Source: Hoeflea sp. (GTDB taxonomy: Bacteria; Pseudomonadota; Alphaproteobacteria; Rhizobiales; Rhizobiaceae). Taken from it: a DNA stretch of 64,000 bases. The notes below the pieces were generated by a model. The model did not search any database and was not told the origin of the DNA. It saw nothing but the letters and a program-made list of their open reading frames with translations. Both the position numbers and the translations under genes were made by a program. Positions 1 to 10,750 of this stretch are shown one piece after another; the stretch's first letter is position 1; each line of letters starts with the position of its first letter. Where the stretch lies: the NCBI GenBank assembly GCA_965249925.1, contig OZ252260.1, positions 1,852,449-1,916,448 of the forward strand, in the 5' to 3' direction.

Positions 1-135
1 TGGGGCTACAATTCCGGCGTCACCACCCACACGCTGGAAACCCACGTCTACCGCCTGCGCCAGAAAATCGAACGCGACCCGTCCAACGCCGAGATCCTGG
101 TGACCGAAAGCGGCGGCTACAAAATCATCCCCTGA
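1..135 (+). CDS. OmpR/PhoB-family response regulator, C-terminal winged helix (partial, runs off left edge)
   Basis: Frame 1 reads [44 protein letters not shown], a typical wHTH end (H-x-x-RLR-x-KIE ... GGY). Confidence 0.9.
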   Translation, partial: WGYNSGVTTHTLETHVYRLRQKIERDPSNAEILVTESGGYKIIP

Positions 136-210
136 TCTGCTAGCTAGTACGAGCTATCGCCCGGTTTTTGTCGCCCGTAGGCCAGGCAAAACGCGTGCGC
201 GGGAGAATGC

Positions 211-693
211 ATGGCGCTCAACGACGATATTTCGCTGCTGTCGAAAGTCTCGCTGTTCCACGGATTCAGTGAAGAGATGCTGCGGTTGGTCGCCTTCGGT
301 TCGGAGCGCCGCTCGATTACCCGCAACAAGCCGCTGTTTCACGAAGGGGCGGTGGCCGACAGCGCCTTCGTCGTCGCCTCCGGCCGTTTCACGCTGATGC
401 GCCGCGACCGCAACGGCAAGCTGGAGACCATCGGCCACGCCATGCCGGGCGATTTGCTCGGTGAACTCGCCGTCATCTCGTCCGCCAAGCGCAAGATGAC
501 CGCCATGGCCACGGATGACAGCGAGGTCATCCGCATCAACCGGCCGATGTTCCGCCGCATGATGGAGGAATACCCGGAAATCGCCCAGATGCTAAGCGAC
601 CGGATCAAGCGGAATCTCGCCTCCATGCTGCAAGAGGTCAACACCCTGCAGCCGCATTTCGACAAGCCGGAGGACGAAAAGGCTGAGGGTTGA
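211..693 (+). CDS. Cyclic nucleotide-binding (Crp-like cNMP) domain protein
   Basis: LFHEGAVADSAFVVASG ... GDLLGELAVI ... RKMTAMA cNMP-binding motifs; no HTH. Confidence 0.85.
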   Translation: MALNDDISLLSKVSLFHGFSEEMLRLVAFGSERRSITRNKPLFHEGAVADSAFVVASGRFTLMRRDRNGKLETIGHAMPGDLLGELAVISSAKRKMTAMATDDSEVIRINRPMFRRMMEEYPEIAQMLSDRIKRNLASMLQEVNTLQPHFDKPEDEKAEG

Positions 694-707
694 GCGCCTG
701 CTCCGAT

Positions 708-1211
708 CTAACCGATGCAGGCGCGCAAATAACGGTCCATCAGCGCCCGCACTCCCGTCAGGTCGGCTTGAAAGAGAAACCCGCTTGTGTTGCCCTCAGG
801 CATCACCTCCAACTTCTCTCCGACCATCAGAGTCTGAAGATCGTCAGGCCAGAGCCAGGTTGAGGGCATGGCGCCGATATAACCCCAATAGGCGAGCTCG
901 GCTTCTCTCTCGAACGGTTGCCCGCCCACTACGGTGAAGATCAGCCGTTGTCCGACCTCAAAGTCGTTCGGGATTTCGCGGTAAATCACCAAACGAACAC
1001 TGCGATCGAACGCGTAGCAGGTGATCTCGATCCCCGTGCTTTCCGCAGCCTCGGGATGATCCGCCGCAAGGCCATACCACACTTTACCGCCGTGCTCGTT
1101 CGACTGGCCGTGCCAGCGGAAGTCATCCGCGAGGCTCGTGCCTGCGCCAAGCTGAAGCCCGATCAGAGCAATCATCAAGCCGAAAGCAACTTTTCTTGCT
1201 TCACAGATCAC
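708..1211 (-). CDS. Hypothetical exported protein
   Basis: 167-aa ORF with a signal-peptide-like N-terminus (..TSLA|DD) and two Cys; no family recognised. Confidence 0.6.
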   Translation of the reverse strand: MICEARKVAFGLMIALIGLQLGAGTSLADDFRWHGQSNEHGGKVWYGLAADHPEAAESTGIEITCYAFDRSVRLVIYREIPNDFEVGQRLIFTVVGGQPFEREAELAYWGYIGAMPSTWLWPDDLQTLMVGEKLEVMPEGNTSGFLFQADLTGVRALMDRYLRACIG

Positions 1212-1373
1212 GGAGTATCGACCTCATTGTCAGGACTTCACACAGCGCGCGAGACCTCAACTTTTGAGCTAAAGTGATGGCATTTGCAACCATGTTCAGT
1301 GAACCCGCGTTGGAGAGGAAAGGATGTCAAAGACAAGTCGTGACGTTGGGGCATGTACAGCCGTTGCAAGAAC

Positions 1374-2183
1374 CTAAAGCGCAAACCGCGCCAGCACCGG
1401 CACATGATCCGACGGCCGTTCCCAGCCGCGCGCTTCGCGCATCACGGTGACGTCCCGCAGCACCGGCGACAGATCCGGCGACGACCAGATATGGTCGAGC
1501 CGCCGGCCGCGGTCCGACGCCTGCCAATCGCGCGCCCGGTAACTCCACCAGGTGTAGAGCTTCTGGTCCGCCGGCACGTGCTGGCGCATCAGATCGATCC
1601 AGCAGCCCCGCGCCTGCAACTCCTTCAGACCGTCGGTCTCGACCGGTGTGTGGCTGACCACTTTCAACAGTTGCTTGTGCGACCAGACATCGGTTTCCAG
1701 CGGCGCGATGTTGAGATCGCCAACCAGGATTGACGAGACGCCCGAAGCCGTTTCCGCCTCCGAATGCAGCTGTTTCATCTCGTCGATGAAGCCCAGCTTG
1801 TGGGCAAACTTCGGGTTGACGTCCGGATCCGGTTCGTCGCCGCCGGAGGGCACGTAGAAATTATGGATGCGGATGCGCCGGCCGCCGGTATCGACCACCG
1901 CCGAGATGTGGCGCGAATCGCCGACATTGCAGTAGTCGCGGCGCTCGATATCGGCCAGCGGCAGCCGCGAGATCAGCGCCACGCCGTGATACCCTTTTTG
2001 GCCGTGCACCTCGATATGGCGGTAACCGAGCGCCCGCAGTTTTTTCAGCGGAAACGCGCCGTTAGGACATTTGGTTTCCTGCAGGCACAGGACGTCTGGC
2101 GCCACTTCGACCAGCAGCCTCTTGACCAGCGGCAGCCGCAGCCGGACCGAGTTGATGTTCCAGGTGGCGATCGTGAATCCCAT
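1374..2183 (-). CDS. xth: Exodeoxyribonuclease III
   Basis: TWNINSVR, LCLQETK, NFYVPSG, GDLNIAP, YTWWSYR, RRLDH, PSDHVPV motifs. Confidence 0.95.
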   Translation of the reverse strand: MGFTIATWNINSVRLRLPLVKRLLVEVAPDVLCLQETKCPNGAFPLKKLRALGYRHIEVHGQKGYHGVALISRLPLADIERRDYCNVGDSRHISAVVDTGGRRIRIHNFYVPSGGDEPDPDVNPKFAHKLGFIDEMKQLHSEAETASGVSSILVGDLNIAPLETDVWSHKQLLKVVSHTPVETDGLKELQARGCWIDLMRQHVPADQKLYTWWSYRARDWQASDRGRRLDHIWSSPDLSPVLRDVTVMREARGWERPSDHVPVLARFAL

Positions 2184-2356
2184 CGCGACCGTGTAGAGCC
2201 TATCCGGGTGAAATGGAACCGTGTCGAGGCAGTTTGTTTGCCTCCCATGGATATTGACGGCTCAAGGCCCATATTGGCTTGCATAGGCAGATCGTTCGGT
2301 CTGCCCCCGCGGTTCGCCGGATAATCCAGCCCGGCGCTTTCCCTGAAGACCACACC

Positions 2357-3781
2357 ATGACGGCCTCACTACCACAATCCGTTGGACCAGTTCTTTTTGC
2401 CCGCGGCGCTGATCAAGATCGGTGTCGGTTCGCGGCGCTGGTTGTCCTTGCGCAGGGCCGAAAACCACCGGCGCTTCGTGTCATGGGCACCGAAACCATC
2501 GAACCCGCTTTGCTTTTGAAGCGCTTCGACCGCAACGTGTGGCGCTATGACTTTGCCCTTCCGGCGACACCTGACGCCGCTTACCGGTTCGATGGGGTCG
2601 ATTATCCGGTCGCCACCACGCTGACCGGCGACCTGCGCATCGCCTATGTCTCGTGCAATGGCCAGGAACATCACGACGAAAACCGGCCCACCGATGAGCG
2701 TAATCGCATGTGGCACCGTCTGCTGCAGGAGCAGGACCGGCAGCCGTTCTGCCTGTTGCTGCACGGCGGCGACCAGCTCTACGCCGATGAAGTTGTCGAG
2801 GCGCACCCCGCCCTTGCCGCCTGGGCCGATGCAGACATGGAGGACAAGCCCGAGCACGCGTTCACCGACGAGATGCGCACCGCGGCGGAACGCTATCTGT
2901 TTCGCCGCTACTGCGAACTCTGTACCCAATCGGACGTCGCGCGGCTTTTGGCCCACGTGCCCTCGATCATGATGTGGGATGATCACGACATCATTGACGG
3001 CTGGGGCAGCCACGATACCGCCATGCTCGACAGTCCCGTCGGCAAGGGCCTTTTTGCGGCGGCGCGCGACATGTTTCTGCTGTTTCAGACAGGGCGGACG
3101 GAGCAGGATCTGGATCCGGCTAACGGCAGCCTGACGACCCGTCACGATTTTCCCGGCTTTGACGTGATCGCTCCGGATTTACGGTCCGAGCGGCGCCCAA
3201 CCCGTGTCATGGGGCCCGACGGCTGGGCTGCCGTTACCCGGGCGTTTGCGGCCTCGAACACGCCGCGCCGCCTGCTCATGTCGAGCGTGCCGCTGCTGGG
3301 ACCGCGCCTCAGTTGGCTTGAACGGCTGATTGGCCTTGTGCCCAAACTGAGACGCTACGAAGATGATCTCCGCGATCAGTGGCAGAGCCGCGCGCATCGG
3401 GCCGAATGGCAACGCCTGCTGACGCTGATCGACCGAACCACGGCGGCGGGCGGCAGCACCTTTACGGTGCTTTCCGGTGAGATTCACCTCGCGACCCGTG
3501 CCGACATGGCGCTGGATGGCGGCCGCGTCCTGCATCAACTGGTGGCATCCGGAATCGCCCATCCGGCACCGCCGGCCTTCTATGCCCGCGGCCTCGGCTG
3601 GCTTGCCACGTTCGGCGAAGATCCGCTGCCGGAAAAACCGATCCGCATCAGGCCGCTGCCCGGCCAGCGGCAGACCTATATGGCGCAGCGCAATTACCTG
3701 GTGCTCGAACGGCAGGCCGAACGGTGGACAGCCAGTTGGGAACTCGAGCACAGCGGACGTACGCCGCCGGTCGAGATCTGA
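2357..3781 (+). CDS. PhoD-like metallophosphatase (alkaline phosphatase D family)
   Basis: YVSCNG, HGGDQLYAD, MMWDDHDIIDGWGS, VLSGEIH motifs; start set at ATG 2357. Confidence 0.8.
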   Translation: MTASLPQSVGPVLFARGADQDRCRFAALVVLAQGRKPPALRVMGTETIEPALLLKRFDRNVWRYDFALPATPDAAYRFDGVDYPVATTLTGDLRIAYVSCNGQEHHDENRPTDERNRMWHRLLQEQDRQPFCLLLHGGDQLYADEVVEAHPALAAWADADMEDKPEHAFTDEMRTAAERYLFRRYCELCTQSDVARLLAHVPSIMMWDDHDIIDGWGSHDTAMLDSPVGKGLFAAARDMFLLFQTGRTEQDLDPANGSLTTRHDFPGFDVIAPDLRSERRPTRVMGPDGWAAVTRAFAASNTPRRLLMSSVPLLGPRLSWLERLIGLVPKLRRYEDDLRDQWQSRAHRAEWQRLLTLIDRTTAAGGSTFTVLSGEIHLATRADMALDGGRVLHQLVASGIAHPAPPAFYARGLGWLATFGEDPLPEKPIRIRPLPGQRQTYMAQRNYLVLERQAERWTASWELEHSGRTPPVEI

Positions 3782-3796
3782 TCAAACGCCCTCTGG

Positions 3797-4471
3797 TCAG
3801 CGGTTGCTGCGGTCGCGCGCCTTGTAGACCTGGTCGTAGGGCACCTTGAAGACGTTGTCGGCGAACCGCACGTCGGTCTGAACGTTGAAAATCATCACCG
3901 TGGTGTTCTTGCCCTGGGCGTCGGTGATCGTCCACTGCCTTAGTTCGAAGGTCCTGGTATCGAACAGCATGGTGATGGTCGAATCACCGAAGATCGACTT
4001 GTCGCCAAGCACGACGGTGGTCAGATCCGGTTCGACGCTGACCGACCGGACCATCTTGCTGTCCAGGTCGATGCGCTCCGACAGCAGCAGCTTCAGCGGC
4101 GTTTTGCCCAGCGGATAGATGTCCCAGGTGCGCAGTTTACGATTGCCGATCACCACCGATTTGCCGTCGGCGATGACGCGTACCGGAGACGGATCCTCAT
4201 AGTTGAAGCGCAGTTTTCCCGGCCGCTCGATAAAGAACTTGCCGCCGGTCTGCTGCCCGGTCGGACCGAATTGAACGAACTCACCGGTCATCGTCTTCAC
4301 GGAGGAGAAATGATTGGCGATCTGATCCGCCGTGTTCGCGTCGGCGCGCGCCTCCTGGGGACCCGGTGCCGCGAAGGTCAGCACCAGCGCCGTCAGGCCG
4401 GCAGCCGCCATGCGGCCAGCGGCCTGAAACACGGATCGGGGAGCGGTGGCCGCGAATTGCATTAGGCTCAT
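3797..4471 (-). CDS. lolA: Outer-membrane lipoprotein carrier protein LolA
   Basis: MTGEFVQ..G..GKFFIERPGKLRFNY motif; downstream of ftsK; AGGAG RBS before ATG 4471. Confidence 0.9.
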   Translation of the reverse strand: MSLMQFAATAPRSVFQAAGRMAAAGLTALVLTFAAPGPQEARADANTADQIANHFSSVKTMTGEFVQFGPTGQQTGGKFFIERPGKLRFNYEDPSPVRVIADGKSVVIGNRKLRTWDIYPLGKTPLKLLLSERIDLDSKMVRSVSVEPDLTTVVLGDKSIFGDSTITMLFDTRTFELRQWTITDAQGKNTTVMIFNVQTDVRFADNVFKVPYDQVYKARDRSNR

Positions 4472-4564
4472 CTGATTCTCCTGAACATCGCGGTTTGACT
4501 TGGTCAAGGAACTGCGGCGCCAGTGTGGCGCGGTAGACGCCTGTTACACGAAAGATACGCGGAG

Positions 4565-7150
4565 CTACATCACATCTTCTTCAGTCGGCACCAGGATTTC
4601 ACGCTTGCCGGCGTGGTTGGCCGGACCGATAACGCCTTCCTCCTCCATGCGTTCGATCAGCGAAGCAGCCCTGTTGTAGCCGATTCCCAGTCGCCTTTGA
4701 ATATAGGAGGTGGACGCCTTGCCATCACGCAATACCACCGCGACCGCCTGATCGTAGGGATCGTCGGAGTCGCCCAGATTGCCGCCGCCACCGGAACCGC
4801 CGCCGTCGCCGGAGTCGTCCTCGTCGTCTTCGGTGATCGCATCGAGATATTCGGGCACGCCCTGTGCCTTCAGGAAGCTGACGATTTCCTCGACCTCGTT
4901 GTCGGACACGAACGGCCCGTGCACCCGCTGGATGCGGCCGCCGCCAGCCATATAGAGCATATCGCCCATGCCGAGCAGTTGTTCGGCACCCTGTTCGCCG
5001 AGAATGGTGCGCGAGTCGATTTTCGAGGTCACCTGGAACGAGATGCGGGTCGGGAAGTTGGCTTTGATGGTGCCGGTGATGACGTCCACCGAGGGCCGCT
5101 GCGTCGCCATGATGACATGGATGCCGGCGGCACGCGCCATTTGGGCAAGCCGCTGTACGGCGCCCTCGATGTCCTTGCCGGCGACCATCATCAGGTCGGC
5201 CATTTCGTCGATGATCACCACGATATAGGGCATCGGTGTCAAGTCGAATTCCTCGGTCTCGTAGATCGCCTCGCCGGTTTCGCGGTCAAAGCCGGTCTGC
5301 ACCGTGCGAGTGATCGCTTCGCCCTTCTTGCTGGCCTGATCGACGCGGCTGTTGAAACCGTCGATGTTACGCACGCCGATCTTCGACATTTTCTTGTAGC
5401 GGTCCTCCATCTCCCGCACCGTCCATTTGAGCGCCACGACCGCCTTCTTGGGATCGGTGACAACCGGCGCCAGCAGGTGCGGAATGCCGTCATAGACCGA
5501 GAGCTCCAGCATTTTCGGATCGATCATGATGAGTCGGCATTTTTCCGGCGGCAGCCGGTAGAGGATCGACAGGATCATCGTGTTGATCGCCACCGACTTA
5601 CCCGAGCCAGTGGTCCCGGCGACCAGCAGGTGGGGCATTTTGGCCAGGTCGGCGATCACCGCCTCGCCGCCGATCGTCTTGCCCAAAGACAGCGCCAGCT
5701 TGCTCTTCGTCGTCTCGAAGTCGCGGCTTGACAGCAGTTCCTGCAAATACACCATCTCGCGGCCCTGGTTGGGCAGCTCGATGCCGATGGCGTTGCGCCC
5801 CGGCACCACTGCCACACGCGCGGCGATGGCGCTCATCGAGCGGGCGATGTCGTCGGCGAGCCCGATGACCCGCGACGATTTGATGCCGGGCGCCGGCTCC
5901 AGTTCGTAAAGCGTCACCACCGGTCCGGGCCGCACCTGGATGATCTCGCCGCGCACGCCGAAATCTTCCAGAACGCCCTCCAGCATACGGGCGTTCTGCT
6001 CCAGTGCATCGGCCGACAGGCTTGCGTCCTTGGCAACGTTCTTGGGCTCGCTGAGAAGCCGCAGCGGCGGCAATTCGAAACCGGCGGCGCGGATCATCGA
6101 CGTCTGCGCCTCGCGCTGGACCCGGCCACCCGGTTTGGGCCGACCCGATTGCTGTACGACACGGTTTTGCGCCACCTGCGGCTCTACGGGTGCCGGTGCC
6201 TGCTGCGGCGCCCAGTCGGCAGCCGGATCGTCGATATCCATATCGGCGTCGAAAGGCGGGGTATCGTCATTGACCGGCATGGGCCGTGTCTTCTGGCCAA
6301 GGCCGTCGAACTCCGGTTCCACCCGCACCTCGCCATCGAGGCCGGTGAATTCCTCATTATTGAAATCGTAAGGGATCTCCGGCCGGGTCGGCCAGGGCGG
6401 CACTTTGCTGCCGCGGAGGCGCCGCCAGTGGGCGCGACCGATCAGCCAGAAGTGGGTGATGGCGCCGAGGAGCAACGCGCCGATGGCCTGCCCGGTGTCG
6501 TCGCTCTCCTGATCCTCGACATCCTCGTCGTCGCGTATCCGGCGGCGACGGTTTTTTTCGCTGGACTCCGCAGGCGGTGGCGCCACGATGAGGGCGCCGA
6601 ACAGCATCAGCCACAGCGCCGGCACGCAGAGCACCACGGCCAGCAGCAGCGCCAGGAACCCCGACGGGTAACCGCCGGTCAGCACCGACGGCATTTTCAG
6701 GATCATGTCGCCGAACACGCCGCCCAGTCCGGTCGGCAGCGGCCACTGGTCAGGAGCCGGAATGCAGGCAAGCACCGCGGCGGCGAGAACACTGCCGCCA
6801 AACCATGCGGCCAGCCGCGACAGGACTCGATCGACCGGGCGGCCGCGCAGGAGAAAAAGCCCCCAAAGGATCATCGGCAGCAATGCGGCGACGGCGGCGA
6901 GGCCGAAAAACTGCATCATCACATCGGCGAACGCCGCGCCGCCGTAACCCAGCACGTTGCCCGGGGCGTTGCCGGTGGCATAGCTGAAGCTCGGATCGGC
7001 AATGTTCCAGGTGGCGAGCGCTGCAACCGCCAGGACGAGGGCACTGAGCACGCAGGCACCAAGCACCATGCGAAGGGGCTTTTTCAGGAACTCCGGTATC
7101 CTCAGACCCAGCACATAGCCGCCGAACATCAGTGGATTGCCTGTCTGCAT
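4565..7150 (-). CDS. ftsK: DNA translocase FtsK
   Basis: N-terminal TM domain, [22 protein letters not shown] Walker [16 protein letters not shown], gamma domain [18 protein letters not shown]. Confidence 0.97.
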   Translation of the reverse strand: MQTGNPLMFGGYVLGLRIPEFLKKPLRMVLGACVLSALVLAVAALATWNIADPSFSYATGNAPGNVLGYGGAAFADVMMQFFGLAAVAALLPMILWGLFLLRGRPVDRVLSRLAAWFGGSVLAAAVLACIPAPDQWPLPTGLGGVFGDMILKMPSVLTGGYPSGFLALLLAVVLCVPALWLMLFGALIVAPPPAESSEKNRRRRIRDDEDVEDQESDDTGQAIGALLLGAITHFWLIGRAHWRRLRGSKVPPWPTRPEIPYDFNNEEFTGLDGEVRVEPEFDGLGQKTRPMPVNDDTPPFDADMDIDDPAADWAPQQAPAPVEPQVAQNRVVQQSGRPKPGGRVQREAQTSMIRAAGFELPPLRLLSEPKNVAKDASLSADALEQNARMLEGVLEDFGVRGEIIQVRPGPVVTLYELEPAPGIKSSRVIGLADDIARSMSAIAARVAVVPGRNAIGIELPNQGREMVYLQELLSSRDFETTKSKLALSLGKTIGGEAVIADLAKMPHLLVAGTTGSGKSVAINTMILSILYRLPPEKCRLIMIDPKMLELSVYDGIPHLLAPVVTDPKKAVVALKWTVREMEDRYKKMSKIGVRNIDGFNSRVDQASKKGEAITRTVQTGFDRETGEAIYETEEFDLTPMPYIVVIIDEMADLMMVAGKDIEGAVQRLAQMARAAGIHVIMATQRPSVDVITGTIKANFPTRISFQVTSKIDSRTILGEQGAEQLLGMGDMLYMAGGGRIQRVHGPFVSDNEVEEIVSFLKAQGVPEYLDAITEDDEDDSGDGGGSGGGGNLGDSDDPYDQAVAVVLRDGKASTSYIQRRLGIGYNRAASLIERMEEEGVIGPANHAGKREILVPTEEDVM

Positions 7151-7222
7151 CGCAACGCCTCGAACTCAGAACCAAAGGGCGCGCGGATACCCCGCACGGC
7201 CCCGATCTTAGGCCGGTTTCAG

Positions 7223-7238
7223 TTAAAGGGGCATTAAC
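7223..7238. promoter_or_regulatory. CtrA-binding box upstream of ftsK
   Basis: TTAA-AGGGGCA-TTAAC matches the TTAA-N7-TTAAC consensus on both strands, about 75 bp upstream of the ftsK start. Confidence 0.7.
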
Positions 7239-7280
7239 CATGCAGCGCCGACCCGAAACCAGGCCGGCATCTTCGAGGCG

Positions 7281-8504
7281 TCAAAGGATTTCGGCCTCCG
7301 GATTGGCGCCGATCCTGTGAATGGCCAGGTCGGCACCGCGCATCTCATCCTCCTCGGTCAGCCGCAGGCCGAGGATCCGGTCGAGAAGCCAATAAACGAT
7401 GAATCCGGCGACGGCCGCATAAACGACACCGATCACCGACCCGACCAGCTGCGCGCCGAACGAAACACCGCCGATCCCGCCCAGCGCCTCAAGACCGAAA
7501 ATCCCGCAGGCGACGCCGCCCCAAAGACCGCACAGGCCGTGCAGCGGCCAGACTCCGAGCACGTCGTCGACCTTCAGCCGCTCCTGGCACCAGTGGAAAC
7601 CCCAGACGAACAGCAGTCCGGCACCGCCGCCGACGATCAGTGCGCCGATCGGATGGAACACGTCGGAACCGGCGCACACGGCCACCAGGCCGGCCAGCGC
7701 ACCGTTGTGGATGAAGCCCGGGTCGCAGCGCCCGGCGACAAGTGCCATGAAGATGCCGCCGACCATGGCCATCAGTGAATTGATGGCGACCAGGCCGCTG
7801 ACGCCCTCCAGCGACTGGGCGCTCATGACGTTGAAGCCGAACCAGCCGATGCACAGCAGCCAGGAGCCCAGCGCCAGCCACGGGATCGACGACGGTGCGA
7901 AGGGATGCGATTGGCCACCGGCACCGTAGCGGCCGCGTCGCGCACCGAGCAGGATCACTGCCGGCAGGGCGATCCAACCGCCAATGGCGTGCACCACGAT
8001 CGACCCGGCGAAATCATGGAACGGCACGCCGAACGTCGCTTCGATCACATCCTGAAAGCCATAATTGCCGTTCCACACCATGCCTTCGAAAAACGGATAG
8101 ACGAGGCTGACGATCACCACCGTCGCGACGCATTGCGGCTGAAAACGCATGCGTTCCGCGATGCCGCCGGAGATGATCGCCGGAATCGCCGCTGCGAAGG
8201 TGGTCAGGAAGAAGAACTTCACCAGGGTGAAACCCTGCGGCAGGAACACCTCGCCGCCGGCGGCACCCGACAGCGTCGCGGCGCTGACGAAGAATGTAAC
8301 GCCATAGGCGACCGCGAAGCCGATAAAGAAGTAGCTGATGGTCGACAGGGCGAAATCGCCCAGAATCTTGACCAGGGCATTGACCTGGCTTTTGTGGCGC
8401 ACGGTTCCGACTTCCAGAAACGCAAATCCGCCGTGCATGGCGAACACCAGGATTGCCCCCATAAGCACAAAAAAGACGTCGCCGCCGAGCTGTGGCTGTT
8501 CCAT
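7281..8504 (-). CDS. Ammonium transporter (second Amt paralogue)
   Basis: MHGGFAFLEVG, ISGGIAER, DFAGSIVVH, WFGFN, DDVLGVWPLH (twin His); start set at ATG 8504 after a GGAGAGG RBS. Confidence 0.92.
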   Translation of the reverse strand: MEQPQLGGDVFFVLMGAILVFAMHGGFAFLEVGTVRHKSQVNALVKILGDFALSTISYFFIGFAVAYGVTFFVSAATLSGAAGGEVFLPQGFTLVKFFFLTTFAAAIPAIISGGIAERMRFQPQCVATVVIVSLVYPFFEGMVWNGNYGFQDVIEATFGVPFHDFAGSIVVHAIGGWIALPAVILLGARRGRYGAGGQSHPFAPSSIPWLALGSWLLCIGWFGFNVMSAQSLEGVSGLVAINSLMAMVGGIFMALVAGRCDPGFIHNGALAGLVAVCAGSDVFHPIGALIVGGGAGLLFVWGFHWCQERLKVDDVLGVWPLHGLCGLWGGVACGIFGLEALGGIGGVSFGAQLVGSVIGVVYAAVAGFIVYWLLDRILGLRLTEEDEMRGADLAIHRIGANPEAEIL

Positions 8505-8540
8505 GAGTCCCTCTCCCCTTTCACTCACTGGCCGTCGGGA

Positions 8541-8657
8541 CTCAATTTTTGTGCCAATTCGGCAGAGACTGCCTTTTTGATAGGCAAGTTCGATCAATTC
8601 GCGGGCATTTGCCTGATTTTGCATCAGACGGACAACAGGCTGCCGCTTTTCTAGGCA
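8541..8657 (-). promoter_or_regulatory. Putative sigma54 promoter and NtrC-like sites of the second amt gene
   Basis: Minus strand TGGCAC-AAAAA-TTGAG (8541-8556); 17-bp dyads TGCCT-N7-AGGCA (8570-8586) and TGCCG-N7-AGGCA (8641-8657). Confidence 0.55.
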
Positions 8658-8676
8658 AATGGACTTCAGGGGCTGT

Positions 8677-8709
8677 CAAACAAAAGGGGCCCGCGCGAAC
8701 GGGCCCCTT
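8677..8709 (-). terminator. Intrinsic terminator after amtB
   Basis: Minus strand AAGGGGCCCG-TTCGCG-CGGGCCCCTT followed by TTGTTTG. Confidence 0.8.
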
Positions 8710-8733
8710 GCTTGCGGTGGTCTTGGGGGAGGA

Positions 8734-10092
8734 TCAGACCTTGGTAAACTCCGGATAGGCTTCGACACCGATTTCGTGCTTGTCGAGGCCATCCATTTCT
8801 TCTTCGTCGCTCACCCGGATGCCCATGACGCCATTGAGGATCAGCCAGACGGCGCCTGATGTCACGACCATGAACACACCGACGATGATGATGCCGGCCA
8901 GCTGGCCAACGATGGTGGCGTCGCCATTGGTGAACACCACCGCAATCGTGCCCCAGATACCGGCAAACAGGTGGACTGGGATGGCGCCGACAACGTCGTC
9001 GATTTTAAAGCGGTCGAGCATCGGCACTGCGAGCACGACGATGATCCCGCCAATGGCCCCGATGATGGTCGCCGCGCCAAGTGAAGGAGTGAGCGGCTCG
9101 GCGGTAATCGACACCAGGCCGGCAAGCGCACCGTTCAGGACCAGGGTGATGTCGACCTTCTTGTAGAGGATCTGGGTAAGCAGCAGCGCCGCGACGGCCC
9201 CGCCGGCGGCACCGGCGTTGGTGTTGGCGAAGATGCGCGACACGTCGGCAATATCACCGACCGAACCGGCGGCAAGCTGCGAGCCGCCATTGAAGCCGAA
9301 CCAGCCAAGCCACAGGATAAAGGTGCCCAGCGTGGCCAACGGCATATTAGAACCCGGGATCGGATGGGTGACGCCATTGGCATCATATTTGCCCTTGCGG
9401 GCGCCGAGGATGATGGCACCGGTCAAAGCCGCCCAGCCGCCGACGGAGTGCACGACTGTCGACCCGGCGAAGTCGAGGAAGCCCCATTGCGAATCGAGGA
9501 AACCGCCGCCCCATTTCCAGGATGCCTGGATCGGGTAAAGCAGGCCCGTCAACACAACGGTGAAGATGAGGAACGGCCAAAGCCGCAGTCGCTCGGCCAG
9601 GGCGCCGGAGACGATCGACGCGGTGGTGGCACAGAACATCAGCTGAAAGAAATAGTCCGAACCGGTCGAGGCGTAGGACAGGTCGTCGGCGGCATCGGCC
9701 GCCACGCCGACCGCTTCCAGGACCGCAACGCCGAAGGCGCCGAGATAACCGCCCGTATCATCCGTCCCGATCGTCCAGCTTCCGAGCGGGTACATCAGAT
9801 TGTAGCCGATCAGGTAGTACATGATGGCAGCGATCGAAAACAGCCCGATATTCTTGGTCAGCTGCATGGAGGTGTTTTTGGACCGGACAAAGCCGGCTTC
9901 CAGCATGGCGAAGCCGGCCGCCATCCACATCACCAGGAAACCGGAGATCAGGAACAGCATGGTGTTGAAGATGAACACCGAATGGGTGGGAACGGCCGTC
10001 GGCGCTGCCGTCTCCTGGGCGAGGGCCGGCGCGGCCATGGCACCGGTGATGAGCAGCACCGCGAGCGGCCTGACGAAGGAATTGACTTGCAT
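8734..10092 (-). CDS. amtB: Ammonium transporter AmtB
   Basis: Signal peptide, MAAGFAMLEAG, SGALAER, DFAGSTVVH, WFGFNGGS, DDVVGAIPVH; directly downstream of glnK. Confidence 0.96.
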   Translation of the reverse strand: MQVNSFVRPLAVLLITGAMAAPALAQETAAPTAVPTHSVFIFNTMLFLISGFLVMWMAAGFAMLEAGFVRSKNTSMQLTKNIGLFSIAAIMYYLIGYNLMYPLGSWTIGTDDTGGYLGAFGVAVLEAVGVAADAADDLSYASTGSDYFFQLMFCATTASIVSGALAERLRLWPFLIFTVVLTGLLYPIQASWKWGGGFLDSQWGFLDFAGSTVVHSVGGWAALTGAIILGARKGKYDANGVTHPIPGSNMPLATLGTFILWLGWFGFNGGSQLAAGSVGDIADVSRIFANTNAGAAGGAVAALLLTQILYKKVDITLVLNGALAGLVSITAEPLTPSLGAATIIGAIGGIIVVLAVPMLDRFKIDDVVGAIPVHLFAGIWGTIAVVFTNGDATIVGQLAGIIIVGVFMVVTSGAVWLILNGVMGIRVSDEEEMDGLDKHEIGVEAYPEFTKV

Positions 10093-10113
10093 GAATGTTG
10101 ACTCCAGTTGACT

Positions 10114-10482
<369 letters not shown>

Positions 10483-10609
10483 TCATGACCGCCGCCCGTC
10501 CCAAGGAAGGCTTACGGCCCCTCTCACCGCGCGTGCTGCGGTCGTCAGCGGCACGACGCGCGATCAAGCCAATGACACCCATGCGAGGCCGTTGGCTTGC
10601 GCTTACCGA

Positions 10610-10728
10610 ATCAAGGATTGTGCCAGTTCGAATCAGAATCCGTTAACTATCTGATTCCAATGATGTAATGAACGGAACCCGGCCGTTGCCCATAAAGCGG
10701 GCAGCGGCAAATGCACAAAATATAAGCA
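10610..10728 (-). promoter_or_regulatory. sigma54 promoter, IHF site and tandem NtrC sites of glnK-amtB
   Basis: Minus strand TGGCAC-AATCC-TTGAT (10610-10625); TAACTATCTGATT (10644-10656), 1 mismatch to the IHF consensus YAANNNNTTGATW; TGCCC-N7-GGGCA (10687-10703) and TGCAC-N7-AAGCA (10712-10728). Confidence 0.75.
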
Positions 10729-10750
10729 GACTCACTGCGATGCCCGCTGA

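Noticed and set aside
2194-2221. TAGAGCCTATCCGGGTGAAATGGAACC resembles the start of rhizobial intergenic mosaic repeats
   Set aside because: Only a half element, no partner arm and no second copy in the window
2286-2305. Small hairpin GGCAGA-N8-TCTGCC upstream of the PhoD-like gene
   Set aside because: A 6-7-bp stem is expected by chance in GC-rich DNA
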